From positions 3,201 to 67,200 of the forward strand of contig JAQBBQ010000267.1 in assembly GCA_032125995.1 (NCBI GenBank): a stretch of DNA of 64,000 nt, written 5' to 3'. The position numbers and the translations under genes were made by a program. Each line of letters begins with the position of its first letter. Position 1 is the first letter of the stretch. A model generated the notes under the pieces. The model made no database searches and was not told the origin of the DNA. It saw nothing but the letters and a program-made list of their open reading frames with translations. This document shows positions 32,380 through 41,508 of this stretch, one piece after another. Origin of the DNA: Betaproteobacteria bacterium (GTDB taxonomy: Bacteria > Pseudomonadota > Gammaproteobacteria > Burkholderiales > SG8-39).

Positions 32380-32955
32380 TCAGCCGAGCCGCCGCAGGCG
32401 CTGCTCGAAGCGAGCGATCGCGTCGCGCAGTCGCGAGACGACCGCCGCATGCGTATCAAACTCGCCGCGCGGCACGAGCATGCGGCGCTCCTCGACGACG
32501 TACTCCATCGCGCCATCGGCCAGGCGGCGCAGCGCGTCGCGTTGCCAGCCGCCAAACGCGCGCGCCCAACCGACAACTCGGTGCGCGGCGACGTCGCCGA
32601 CGACCCGCGCCAGATCCTCTTCAACGTCCCAGCGCAGGTGGCGCACCAGCAGGAGCACTTCCGCAGCGAGCTTTGCGTTGCCGCTCACCTCGACCGCGCG
32701 CATGAAATGCTCCTCGCCACGTAACAATGCCGACAGCGCATCGGGTCCAAGGCGCACCAGCAGCGACGGCTCAGTGTCGGGCGCCGCGGGGCTTACCCGG
32801 CCATCTTCCTGGATTGCGAGACGTAGCGCCGGGAGCGGCGGAAAGGCGAACTCAACCGCCTCGCCGGCGAACGGCGCGAGTTTCTCGCGCGCCCATTCCT
32901 CGGTCTCGAGCAGGCGGTTTAGCGCGGCGGCAATTGGGGATTCAAATGTCGTCAT
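32380..32955 (-). CDS. ubiJ: ubiquinone biosynthesis accessory factor UbiJ (SCP2 domain)
   Basis: Start at [16 protein letters not shown]. Lies between the Tim44-like gene and ubiB as in the conserved ubiE cluster; sequence is SCP2-like. Confidence 0.75.
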   Translation of the reverse strand: MTTFESPIAAALNRLLETEEWAREKLAPFAGEAVEFAFPPLPALRLAIQEDGRVSPAAPDTEPSLLVRLGPDALSALLRGEEHFMRAVEVSGNAKLAAEVLLLVRHLRWDVEEDLARVVGDVAAHRVVGWARAFGGWQRDALRRLADGAMEYVVEERRMLVPRGEFDTHAAVVSRLRDAIARFEQRLRRLG

Positions 32956-33010
32956 AACGCGTAAAAACAAAGGCCACCTCGCGGTGGCCCCGACTCGTCC
33001 ACCGCCTTGA

Positions 33011-33838
33011 TCATTCCGCCCGCCGGAGGCTCGCGAGGAGCCAGCCAGTCGTTCCGCTTGCCGGCTTTGCAAGCGTCCACAGTTCGGCAAATCCCACCGG
33101 CGTCGCACCCGGCTTCTCGCGCGCCATGCCGCTGAAGCGCACGCTTGCGCGATGCGTGTCGCCTTCGGTGACGAGCGCCGCGAGCTCGGCGCTCAGACTC
33201 ACGACGTCCGTCTGTTGGCCCGTGCCGCCGCGCGCAACGACCTGTTTGCTCAGTTGCGCAAATAGTTGTGGCATCAAAAACTCCCGAATCGCGTCCAGTT
33301 TGCCAAGATCGATTGCAAGCTGAACACGCACGAAGTTCAGCTTCGCCGTGCGCACGAAGCCGGCGAGGTCGAACCCGGCCGGCAGAGCCGGCCTGGTCGC
33401 CGCGGCGGGCGTAACGGCGTTCGCCTGAGGCGCCGGCGCCGCCGGCGTCAATGGTGGCGGCACGACAGCATCGGCGCCGAGCCCTGCAAGCTGTCCTGCC
33501 GGCACAGGCGTTTCACGGCCGCGCATCAGGATACGCACGACCGAAATGCCGATCGCGACGAGCAAAACGACCATCAGAATTCCGAACAAGGAATCGCCGC
33601 CGAACAGCGCGCCGAGCAGCCCGCCGGCGGCGAAATCCAGCAACCCGGACGCCCAGCCTCGCGACCGTACCGACGGTGCGCGCGCCGCTGGCGTCGCCGG
33701 CTTGACCGTCCCGAGCTGGGTGGCCGGGCGCTGCGCGCCGCTCGAGCGCGCGCCGGCCGCACTCTGGGCAGCGGCCGGGGGCAGTGCGATCGCGGCACCG
33801 ATCAGCGCAAACCCGAATCCCAATAGCAACCGTTTCAT
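33011..33838 (-). CDS. Tim44-like domain protein
   Basis: Start at MKRLLLGFGFALIGAAIA (signal/TM). A low-complexity Ala/Pro linker precedes the C-terminal Tim44-like domain (FDLAGFVRTAKLNFVRVQLA…). Confidence 0.75.
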   Translation of the reverse strand: MKRLLLGFGFALIGAAIALPPAAAQSAAGARSSGAQRPATQLGTVKPATPAARAPSVRSRGWASGLLDFAAGGLLGALFGGDSLFGILMVVLLVAIGISVVRILMRGRETPVPAGQLAGLGADAVVPPPLTPAAPAPQANAVTPAAATRPALPAGFDLAGFVRTAKLNFVRVQLAIDLGKLDAIREFLMPQLFAQLSKQVVARGGTGQQTDVVSLSAELAALVTEGDTHRASVRFSGMAREKPGATPVGFAELWTLAKPASGTTGWLLASLRRAE

Positions 33839-33949
33839 GCTTTCACCGGTGCGCATGGCGCAGCTGTTTCACGCATCGTATGCATCGTATCCTAGGCGAC
33901 GCGCGCGCAACAACGCAACAACACGACAATACGGCCGCCGCGCGTCGCG

Positions 33950-34684
33950 CTAGAGCCGCAGCCCGCGATGCACTGCAACCACACCGCCGGCGAGATTGAA
34001 CACATCGACCTCGGAAAGACCGGCGTCTTGCATCATCGTCGCGAGCGTTGCCTGATCGGGGTGCTGTCGGATCGACTCCGCGAGATAGCGATATGCTGGC
34101 GCGTCGCCCGCGACGCGCGCGCCGAGCCAAGGTAGTACCTTGAACGAATACAGATCGTAGAGCGGGGCGAGCGCCTTGCGCGCCCGGGAAAACTCGAGCA
34201 CGAACAGGCGTCCCCCGCGGCGCAGAACGCGCGTCATCTCGCCGAGCGCAATCTCCTTGTGAGTCATGTTGCGCAGCCCGAAACCCACCGTCACGCAGTC
34301 GAACGAAGCGTCCGGAAAGGGCAGTCGCTCGGCGTCACACTGGATGGCAGGCACCAGCAGTCCCGCGTCGTCCAGGCGCGCGCGTCCGTGGGCGAGCATG
34401 ACCCCATTGATGTCGGTCATGCAGACGCGGCCGCGCGCGCCAACGCGCCGTGCGAGCGCGCGCGCAAGGTCGCCGGTACCTGAGGCGATGTCGAGCACCT
34501 GCTCGCCCGGCCGTACCCGCGCCAGTGCCACGACGAACGCCTTCCAGAACCGGTGCAGACCGAACGACATCAGATCATTCATAAGATCGTAACGTCCGGC
34601 GACCTGGTCGAACACCGCGGCAACGCGCCGCGCCTTGTCGTCCTCGCCGACCTGCTCGAATCCGAAGTCCGTGGTTCGCGTCAT
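33950..34684 (-). CDS. ubiE: demethylmenaquinone/ubiquinone C-methyltransferase UbiE
   Basis: 244 aa, TDFGFEQV…[17 protein letters not shown]…[10 protein letters not shown]. Confidence 0.95.
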   Translation of the reverse strand: MTRTTDFGFEQVGEDDKARRVAAVFDQVAGRYDLMNDLMSFGLHRFWKAFVVALARVRPGEQVLDIASGTGDLARALARRVGARGRVCMTDINGVMLAHGRARLDDAGLLVPAIQCDAERLPFPDASFDCVTVGFGLRNMTHKEIALGEMTRVLRRGGRLFVLEFSRARKALAPLYDLYSFKVLPWLGARVAGDAPAYRYLAESIRQHPDQATLATMMQDAGLSEVDVFNLAGGVVAVHRGLRL

Positions 34685-34825
34685 CGTGCTTTTCGAGTTC
34701 TCGTCATCAGTTGGGTCAGGGCTTACACTCTGGCGTGATCATACCCCCGCGCGAGGGCTGGAATTCGCGTTGCAACATTGGCGTCACGATGGTTTCATAG
34801 AATCGCGCATCCCGACCCCGCGCAC

Positions 34826-35518
34826 ATGCCAGCCAACATTCTCGTCGTCGAAGACGAACCCGCGATCCAGGAACTGATCGCGGTTAACCTGGAACATGCG
34901 GGGCACCACGTTATCCGCGCGCATGACGCCGAAACGGCCCTCGACATCGTGCGCAAGGCGCTGCCGGACCTGCTGCTGATCGACTGGATGCTGCCCGGTA
35001 CCTCGGGCGTCGCGCTTGCGCGCGCGCTGCGCAAAAAAGCGCGCACCAAACAAGTTCCGATCATCATGCTGACCGCGCGCGCGACCGAGCAAGACAAGGT
35101 CCTCGGCCTCGACGCGGGTGCCGACGACTACGTCACCAAGCCATTCTCGCCGCGCGAGCTGATCGCTCGCATCAACGCCGTCCTGCGCCGTCGCACACCG
35201 CAGACGACCGATGAAACGGTCGACAGCGCGGGCCTACGGCTCGAGCCCTCGACGCGGCGCGTCTTCGGCAACCACAGGCCACTCGCACTGGGGCCAACCG
35301 AATTCCGGCTGCTGCATTTCCTCATGACCCATGCCGAGCGCGTTCATTCGCGCGCGCAGTTGCTCGACCAGGTCTGGGGCGACCATGTGGTTGTCGAAGA
35401 GCGCACCGTCGACGTGCACATACGCCGCCTGCGCAAGGCGCTCGAGCCGACGGGCCATGACGGGTTGGTCGAGACGGTGCGCGGCGCGGGCTATCGATTC
35501 TCGTCGCAGCCTTTGTGA
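34826..35518 (+). CDS. phoB: phosphate regulon response regulator PhoB
   Basis: Start at MPANILVVEDEPAIQELI. Receiver domain plus winged-helix OmpR-type C-terminus (…VDVHIRRLRKAL…RGAGYRF). Confidence 0.92.
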   Translation: MPANILVVEDEPAIQELIAVNLEHAGHHVIRAHDAETALDIVRKALPDLLLIDWMLPGTSGVALARALRKKARTKQVPIIMLTARATEQDKVLGLDAGADDYVTKPFSPRELIARINAVLRRRTPQTTDETVDSAGLRLEPSTRRVFGNHRPLALGPTEFRLLHFLMTHAERVHSRAQLLDQVWGDHVVVEERTVDVHIRRLRKALEPTGHDGLVETVRGAGYRFSSQPL

Positions 35519-35536
35519 GAGAATCGCCATCGCGTC

Positions 35537-36856
35537 ATGAATCCGGTCTGGAGCAGCACGATCGGCGTCGCCATCGCTTCGGCAATCGTCGGGCTAATGG
35601 TCGGCGCATTTGCCGGCGCGACCTGGGCGTGGGTTGCGGTGGCCGGCGTCTTGGGGCTGCGGCTCGTCTACCATGCCCTACACCTTGCAGGGCTGTCCAA
35701 CTGGCTGCGGAAACCGCAGTTGCGCACGCTGCCAAGTGGACACGGCGTCTGGGAAGAGGTGCTCGCGAAGCTCCACCATACGCTCAAGAACCGCGAAGGC
35801 GAGCGCGATCATCTCGCCCGCGCCCTATTGCGCTTTCGCGCCGCAGCGCAAGCGCTTCCCGACGGCGTCGTCATCCTGGACCGAGACGACCATATCGAGT
35901 GGGCGAACGCCACAGCGCGTCGCCAGCTGGGCGTCGACGCGCGCCGCGACGCCGGGCGCCCGGTCGTCAACCTGGTACGTCATCCGGACTTTGTCGCCTA
36001 CCTTCGCCGCTCCGACTACGGCGCGCCGCTGGTGCTGCACTCGACGCGGTCCGACGCCGTGCTTTCCGTGCGCATCATCGAATTTGGCGCCGATCGAAAG
36101 CTGCTGAGTTCGCGCGACATCACCATCGAGGAGCGGCTCGACACGATGCGGCGTGACTTCGTCGCCAACGTGTCGCACGAACTGAAAACACCGATCACGG
36201 TACTTTCCGGCTTCGTCGAAACGCTCGCCGACGAGCAGGTCGAACTGACGCCTGCGCAGCGCAAGCGCTTCCTCGGCCTCATGACCGAGCAGGGACAGCG
36301 CATGCGGCGCCTGATCGAGGATTTGCTCACGCTTTCCGCGCTCGAATCGAGCCAGGCGCCGAACGACGAGCAGGAAATCAGCATGCGTCCGTTTTGCGAG
36401 CGACTGCTCGAGGAGGCGCGCGCCCTGTCCGCAGGCCGACACCGGATCGAGCTCGACCCGCTGCGCGACGCGACGCTCATCGGCAGTGTTGCCGAGTTGA
36501 CGAGCGCGTTTTCCAATCTGGTGTCGAACGCGATCCGCTATACGCCGGACGGCGGCACCGTGCGCATCAGGTGGCACATCGAGGACGGGTGCGGCGTGTT
36601 CAGCGTCACCGATTCCGGGATCGGCATCGATTCGCGCCACATTCCCCGCCTCACCGAGCGTTTCTATCGCGTCGACCAAGGGCGGTCGCGGGAGACGGGC
36701 GGTACCGGCCTCGGCTTGGCGATCGTCAAGCATGTGCTCACGCGACACGAAGCGACCCTCGAGATCGCGAGTGAAACCGGGCAAGGCTCGACGTTCAGCG
36801 CGGTGTTCCCCGAGCAGCGCCTGGTGCGCATCGACACGACGCGCGCCGCAGCCTAG
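35537..36856 (+). CDS. phoR: phosphate regulon sensor histidine kinase PhoR
   Basis: 439 aa with an N-terminal TM hairpin, a PAS-like segment, the H-box FVANVSHELKTPITV, and N/G boxes (NAIRYTP, DSGIGI, GGTGLGLAIV). Confidence 0.9.
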   Translation: MNPVWSSTIGVAIASAIVGLMVGAFAGATWAWVAVAGVLGLRLVYHALHLAGLSNWLRKPQLRTLPSGHGVWEEVLAKLHHTLKNREGERDHLARALLRFRAAAQALPDGVVILDRDDHIEWANATARRQLGVDARRDAGRPVVNLVRHPDFVAYLRRSDYGAPLVLHSTRSDAVLSVRIIEFGADRKLLSSRDITIEERLDTMRRDFVANVSHELKTPITVLSGFVETLADEQVELTPAQRKRFLGLMTEQGQRMRRLIEDLLTLSALESSQAPNDEQEISMRPFCERLLEEARALSAGRHRIELDPLRDATLIGSVAELTSAFSNLVSNAIRYTPDGGTVRIRWHIEDGCGVFSVTDSGIGIDSRHIPRLTERFYRVDQGRSRETGGTGLGLAIVKHVLTRHEATLEIASETGQGSTFSAVFPEQRLVRIDTTRAAA

Positions 36857-36904
36857 GCGGTAGCCGTCGGGCCGTAGGCCAATCGCACGACCCCTCGCTG
36901 CAGC

Positions 36905-38536
36905 TCAGGCGTCGAGCGTTTCGTAGGCTACGCGCTCAAAGTCGCTGCCCCGCTCGAGCACCTCGTCAAGGCGTACGCGCAGCGCCAACTCCACGTAGAC
37001 CTCGATGATGCGCTTCGGTTTGTACCAGCCGGCGGGCAGGATCAACGACGGCGGCGCGTTTTGCGCGGGGACCCCGGTCAGTAACAACGCCGGCACGTAT
37101 TTTTCGTTCGCCGCATTGACGCCGGCCGGGCGCACCGCGATCGCCGCGGGCAGACCCGGCATGATCTTCAGGCCGGCGTACAGATCGCCTTGGTCGCTGT
37201 TCATGAGCCAGCGCACCTGGGCAAGGAGGAAATTCTTCTCGTCAGACGGACGCACCGCGAGCAGCTGGCCGTGAGCGAAACGTCGCCCCGGCGTATCCGC
37301 CTTGCGCACCATCTTCAGGCCCTGCGCGCTCTGGTCGACGCGCTGCCATAGCTCCAGCGCAAAGCCCTGCAGGGTGACGTATTTATCGTCGCTGCGCGTG
37401 CTGACGCGGCCAAGGGTCGCGAGCTCGTCTTGCTCCTGATGCGTAAGCGCGCTGCTCGTCCGCGGCTGGCGGAACGCGCGGTCCGAAATGAAATAGTGAA
37501 TGCCTGCGATGCTGTTGCAGATCTGCGCAACGCCCGATACGCGCTGCCGCTCGGGGACGCGTGTCGCACGCATCTGGCACCACTGGCGATACAGAAACAC
37601 GAGCAGTTGTTCGCACGACGGCTGTACGCAGTCCTCGCCCAAGGCAAGGCGTGCCGGCGATTCTCCTTTGCGCAGCAACCCGACGCGGTTACGCAGGCTC
37701 TTGGCAAGCCGATCGGTATCGAGAAATCGAATCGAATCGCCCTGCGCGGCTGTCGGGTCAACGCGTTCCGGCACCACCTCGCCCGCGAGGTCGACGGCGA
37801 GCGGCGGTACATCCTTCCACGCGGGCGGCGTACGCCCAATCTCGACCTTGCTCGCCCAGCGCTCGAGCAGGTAGGTCACAAACGTGAGCTGGCGTTGCGT
37901 GAGCTCGTTCGGGTTGCATAGCCCGGTAAGCAGCGCGCGGACGTAGGCGATGCGCGGCGAGGTGTCGTGCACGTCGCGATTCAGATAATCCTTGATCAAC
38001 GCCTCGGCAACATCGAGCTCCTCGGCCCGCGCATAGGCTTCGTGCAGCGCGCGCCATTCAGGCGCCGGCACCTGCCGGTAGGCACGATAGTGATGGAACA
38101 TTTTCAGCCCGGAGTAGGCAAGCGCGCGCTGCGCTACGAGCGCACCCTGCACACGGATCGCGGCGTCGCCCATTGCCGCGGCTTCCAAGCAGCGCAGGTA
38201 GCCCAGCCGCATCTGTTCCCACAGCGCAAGCGTCTCCTGGAACACCGCAACCTCCGGTTCGGACATCGGCAACGCCCGATTCGTGAACCGCTTGGCCTGC
38301 TCGATCTGCACGAAGTGGACGGCCTCTCGAATCGCCTCCAGCGCGCCGAGGCGGGCCATTGCGCTTGTCGAAAACCGGTTGAACTCGCGGATCTGGGAAA
38401 GCAGTTGCTGCTGTGCCGCGGCGACGTTTGCGAGCGGCACGTTCTCGACCCACGCCTTGCAGGTCTCGGCGTCGATGAACTCCGGCGACGCATCGGGCGC
38501 GAGAACCGGAAGCGGGAACGCAGAAAAGTCCGTCAT
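36905..38536 (-). CDS. hypothetical protein with candidate C-terminal PilZ (c-di-GMP-binding) domain
   Basis: 543 aa. I recognise no family for residues 1-370. Residues 377-381 are RVSTR (RxxxR) and residues 401-406 are DQSAQG (DxSxxG), followed by beta-rich …LLAVRP…LAQVRWLMNSDQGDLYAGLKIM, as in PilZ barrels. Confidence 0.6.
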   Translation of the reverse strand: MTDFSAFPLPVLAPDASPEFIDAETCKAWVENVPLANVAAAQQQLLSQIREFNRFSTSAMARLGALEAIREAVHFVQIEQAKRFTNRALPMSEPEVAVFQETLALWEQMRLGYLRCLEAAAMGDAAIRVQGALVAQRALAYSGLKMFHHYRAYRQVPAPEWRALHEAYARAEELDVAEALIKDYLNRDVHDTSPRIAYVRALLTGLCNPNELTQRQLTFVTYLLERWASKVEIGRTPPAWKDVPPLAVDLAGEVVPERVDPTAAQGDSIRFLDTDRLAKSLRNRVGLLRKGESPARLALGEDCVQPSCEQLLVFLYRQWCQMRATRVPERQRVSGVAQICNSIAGIHYFISDRAFRQPRTSSALTHQEQDELATLGRVSTRSDDKYVTLQGFALELWQRVDQSAQGLKMVRKADTPGRRFAHGQLLAVRPSDEKNFLLAQVRWLMNSDQGDLYAGLKIMPGLPAAIAVRPAGVNAANEKYVPALLLTGVPAQNAPPSLILPAGWYKPKRIIEVYVELALRVRLDEVLERGSDFERVAYETLDA

Positions 38537-38546
38537 GACAGCACCC

Positions 38547-38954
38547 TCAGGCTAGAAGTTTCGTCAACCGCGCGCCGAGCTGCGCATCGGTCACGTCGGG
38601 CCGCGTCGCCCCCGCGCGCTGCGGCGCGCCCCAGGCCGGCTCCGGAAAGTGCGGGTCGTCGCGAAAACGCGGGATGACGTGCCAGTGCATGTGCGGCACC
38701 TGGTTGCCGAAGCTTGCAAGGTTCATTTTGTCCGGCCGGTACAGTTCACGCAGCGCGCGCTCGGTGGCAAAAACCACGTTCATGAGCCGGTCGCGCTCGC
38801 CCGGCGCCAGTTCGGTCATCTCGACGACGTGGCGTCCCAGCACCACCCGCAAAAAACCCGGATAGCCATCGACCTCTGCACGCACCACCCGACACAGGTC
38901 GTCCCGCCACAACACGGCGCCGCCGTCTCCGTCGCACAGGGCGCAGCGCAACAT
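38547..38954 (-). CDS. HIT-family (histidine triad) protein
   Basis: 135 aa with the histidine-triad motif VPHMHWHVIPR. Confidence 0.85.
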   Translation of the reverse strand: MLRCALCDGDGGAVLWRDDLCRVVRAEVDGYPGFLRVVLGRHVVEMTELAPGERDRLMNVVFATERALRELYRPDKMNLASFGNQVPHMHWHVIPRFRDDPHFPEPAWGAPQRAGATRPDVTDAQLGARLTKLLA

Positions 38955-38971
38955 GGCGCGGACTCCGGTAC

Positions 38972-39151
38972 TCAGAGCAGCACGCGCTCGGTTCCGCCGG
39001 GGTTGACCTTGGCCACACAGGCGTCGAGCCAGTTCCCACCGAGCAGTTGGCGCACCATTTCAACCACAATATAGTCGGCCTGTGCCCCGATGTCATCCGC
39101 TAACCGGGGCGATCCCGGCGCGCAGGAGGGGCAAAACGTGACAACGTTCAC
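38972..39151 (-). CDS. possible small CxxC protein (59 aa), unassigned
   Basis: A GTG start at 39151 gives MNVVTFCPSCAPGSPRLADDIGAQADYIVVEMVRQLLGGNWLDACVAKVNPGGTERVLL. It fills the gap between the membrane-protein gene and the HIT gene on the same strand. No family recognised, the start is uncertain, and the upstream part of the ORF-track frame overlaps the neighbouring gene. Confidence 0.3.
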   Translation of the reverse strand: MNVVTFCPSCAPGSPRLADDIGAQADYIVVEMVRQLLGGNWLDACVAKVNPGGTERVLL

Positions 39152-39194
39152 GTTTGCGCCTGCGTCGCGGCCGATGCACCTCAGTCGCGAGGAA

Positions 39195-39989
39195 TCAGTG
39201 CAGTGTTTCCGGCGTTGCCGTATCCGCGCCGAAGACGTCGCGATAGCTCGCGTAGAAGCTTGCAAACAGGATCGGCAACAAGACGAGGACGAGCGGAAAA
39301 ACGAGCGACACCACCGAGGCGCGTCCGGTGCCCTGCAGAAGCAAGGCGATCGCACCCAGCAGGAGGAACGGCAGCACGAGCGTTAGCGCCGTGGTGGCAA
39401 TGCCATAGGCGATGAACGCGCGCCAGTTGATGAGACAGGCGAACAGGCTGAAGAACAGCGCCTGCGCTGCACCGATGCCGTGCCAGGCCGCAAGCACCGG
39501 CGCGAACCAGAAGCTCATGATCACCGGCACGTACAGGCCCGCGGCGCATAGCAGCGCAAGCATGAATGCGTCCGATCGCACCGTCGCCTCGTCCGGGCGT
39601 TCGCCGACCAGCAGCCAACTCGCAAGCGCCCCGCCGTCGGCCAGCGCGGTGGCCGCGAGCAGCAGCGCGAGCGAAACCAAATAGATTCCGCCGAGCGTGA
39701 GTTGGACATCGACGCGCCTGCGGAAGCCCTCGAACAGCTGTCCGAGTTCGATCGGACCGCCGCGCTCGGCGGCACGGCTCGCCGCCATGAAGCCGACCGA
39801 AAACGGTGGCACGAGCAACGACGCGGCAACCACGCCAATGAAGGGCAGCACCGAGACCAGCGTCATCAACACCCAGTAGGAAAACACCAGCAGGAGCCAG
39901 CCGAGCGGCGAGACACGGAACAGTCGCCACCCCTGCAGGAGCCAGCCCACACCGCGACTCACCGATACGATCCGCGCCTGTGTCGTCAT
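39195..39989 (-). CDS. polytopic inner-membrane protein of unknown function (resembles the 'BPSS1780-family membrane protein' label, from memory)
   Basis: 264 aa with several predicted TM helices. The start overlaps the thrB stop (ATGA). Confidence 0.65.
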   Translation of the reverse strand: MTTQARIVSVSRGVGWLLQGWRLFRVSPLGWLLLVFSYWVLMTLVSVLPFIGVVAASLLVPPFSVGFMAASRAAERGGPIELGQLFEGFRRRVDVQLTLGGIYLVSLALLLAATALADGGALASWLLVGERPDEATVRSDAFMLALLCAAGLYVPVIMSFWFAPVLAAWHGIGAAQALFFSLFACLINWRAFIAYGIATTALTLVLPFLLLGAIALLLQGTGRASVVSLVFPLVLVLLPILFASFYASYRDVFGADTATPETLH

Positions 39990-40942
39990 GCGATCGGCCA
40001 GGACGCCGACGTCTCGGCGGCGCGGAGTTCGAGGATCGCCCGGAAGTGCTCTGGGTCGTGCGCATGCACGAGCGCACCGGGCCGCGGCAAATGAAGATCG
40101 CGCAAACGCGAGAGCCAGAAGCGCAGCGCGGCGGCACGCAGCAGCACCGGCCAGGCGCCGCGCTCAAGCGCGCTGAACGGCCGCACGGCGGCATAGGCCT
40201 CGAGCAACGCCCGCGTCTTCGCGGCGTCGAGCCGTCGATCCCGCGCGGGGTCGAGCAGGCACCAGTCGTTTGCGCACACGGCGCAATCGTAGAGGAAGCA
40301 GTCGACCCCTGCGAAATAGAAGTCGATCACCCCGCTGAGCGCGCCATCCTCGAACAACGCGTTGTCACGGAACAGATCGGCATGCACCGGACCGCGCGGC
40401 AGGTCAGGAAAACGGGCCGGCGCCTGGAACCGCAGCTCCTCGTCGAGCAATTCGGACTGCGCTTGGTCGAGGAACGGGCGCAACTCGCGCGCCGTGGCGC
40501 GCCACCATTGCGGGCCCCTCGGGTTCTCGAGCTGTGCATCATAGGTTTGTCCCGCAAGGTGCATGCGCGCGAGCAACGACCCGAGCGCCGCGCAATGCGC
40601 CGGCGCCGGCGCCTCGATCGAGGTGCCCGGAAGGCGCGTCACGAGCGCGGCGGGCTTGCCGTTCAGCTCGGACAGAAAGCTGCCCGACAGGTCCGCGATC
40701 GGCGCCGGGCATGGGATGCCGTGTCGCGCAAGATGCGACATCAGGTTGAGGTAGTACGGCAAGGCCTGTGCAGGCAAGCGCTCGAACAACGTCAGCACGT
40801 ATCGCCCCTGCATGGTCGTGACGAAGAAGTTGCTGTTCTCGATGCCCCTGGCGATCGGCTCGAGTGCCACGAGCCGACCGACCGAATACGCGCGCAGCCA
40901 TGCGTCGAGTTGCGCTTCCGAAATGGTGGTGTAGACCGACAT
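39986..40942 (-). CDS. thrB: homoserine kinase, Pseudomonas/Burkholderia type (APH-fold ThrB)
   Basis: 318 aa, MSVYTTISEAQLDAWLRAYSVGRLVALEPIARGIENSNFFVTT… and …HADLFRDNALF. Confidence 0.88.
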   Translation of the reverse strand: MSVYTTISEAQLDAWLRAYSVGRLVALEPIARGIENSNFFVTTMQGRYVLTLFERLPAQALPYYLNLMSHLARHGIPCPAPIADLSGSFLSELNGKPAALVTRLPGTSIEAPAPAHCAALGSLLARMHLAGQTYDAQLENPRGPQWWRATARELRPFLDQAQSELLDEELRFQAPARFPDLPRGPVHADLFRDNALFEDGALSGVIDFYFAGVDCFLYDCAVCANDWCLLDPARDRRLDAAKTRALLEAYAAVRPFSALERGAWPVLLRAAALRFWLSRLRDLHLPRPGALVHAHDPEHFRAILELRAAETSASWPIA

Positions 40943-41003
40943 CGCTAAATACGGAGCCCGGAAATGCGCCCGCGCGCTAAGCCACCGCGCGGGGAGAAGC
41001 GTG

Positions 41004-41330
41004 TCAGTCGAAGGTATGGATGGCCCACATGGGGACGCGGTTCCCGTCGTCGAGCGAATTGCGCCGCATCCAGCTGCCGGCGGCGGTTTCGACGAGGTAG
41101 TACGGCGGACCCTCCTTCGGCGTCACCTTGACCATCACCACTTCCCCGCCATCGCGGATCACTTCGATCGTGTCGCCTTCCTGTACCGGAATCCGTACCC
41201 CCGGGTCGTCGGCTGGGTCATCTACGCGCGGCGGCGGTTCGGGTAGCGGTTCGAGGGCGGGTGGCGGCGGGGCCTGTGCGAACGCACTGCCGGCGAGCGC
41301 CACAAAGACAAGGATTGCGAAGCGGGACAT
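41004..41330 (-). CDS. DUF2782-domain secreted protein
   Basis: Start at MSRFAILVFVALAGSAFA (signal peptide). A Pro-rich linker precedes …IEVIRDGGEVVMVKVTPKEGPPYYLVE…. Confidence 0.75.
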   Translation of the reverse strand: MSRFAILVFVALAGSAFAQAPPPPALEPLPEPPPRVDDPADDPGVRIPVQEGDTIEVIRDGGEVVMVKVTPKEGPPYYLVETAAGSWMRRNSLDDGNRVPMWAIHTFD

Positions 41331-41508
41331 GGGTTCGGGGAGCGCGTCGATTCTAACAGAGCGCATCCACGCGAATGACGCTGCGACGCGCTCGGTCGCC
41401 TCGAACAACTCTGCCATAATGCCAAACACCCGCCAGGCGTCGCGGGCGGAGATCCCGCTTCCCAGTTGGGGAGCAATCGATCGCTTTTCGATTCGCATTG
41501 TGTTCGCC

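Noticed and set aside
34685-34825. Pho-box-like direct repeats upstream of phoB (GCGTCAC…GTTTCAT at 34781-34798, 11-bp phasing; TCGTCAT…GGGTCAG further upstream)
   Set aside because: They match CTGTCAT at only 4-5 of 7 positions. The better pair overlaps the only good -10 candidate (TAGAAT, 34798-34803) rather than sitting about 10 bp upstream of it. This is not strong enough to call.
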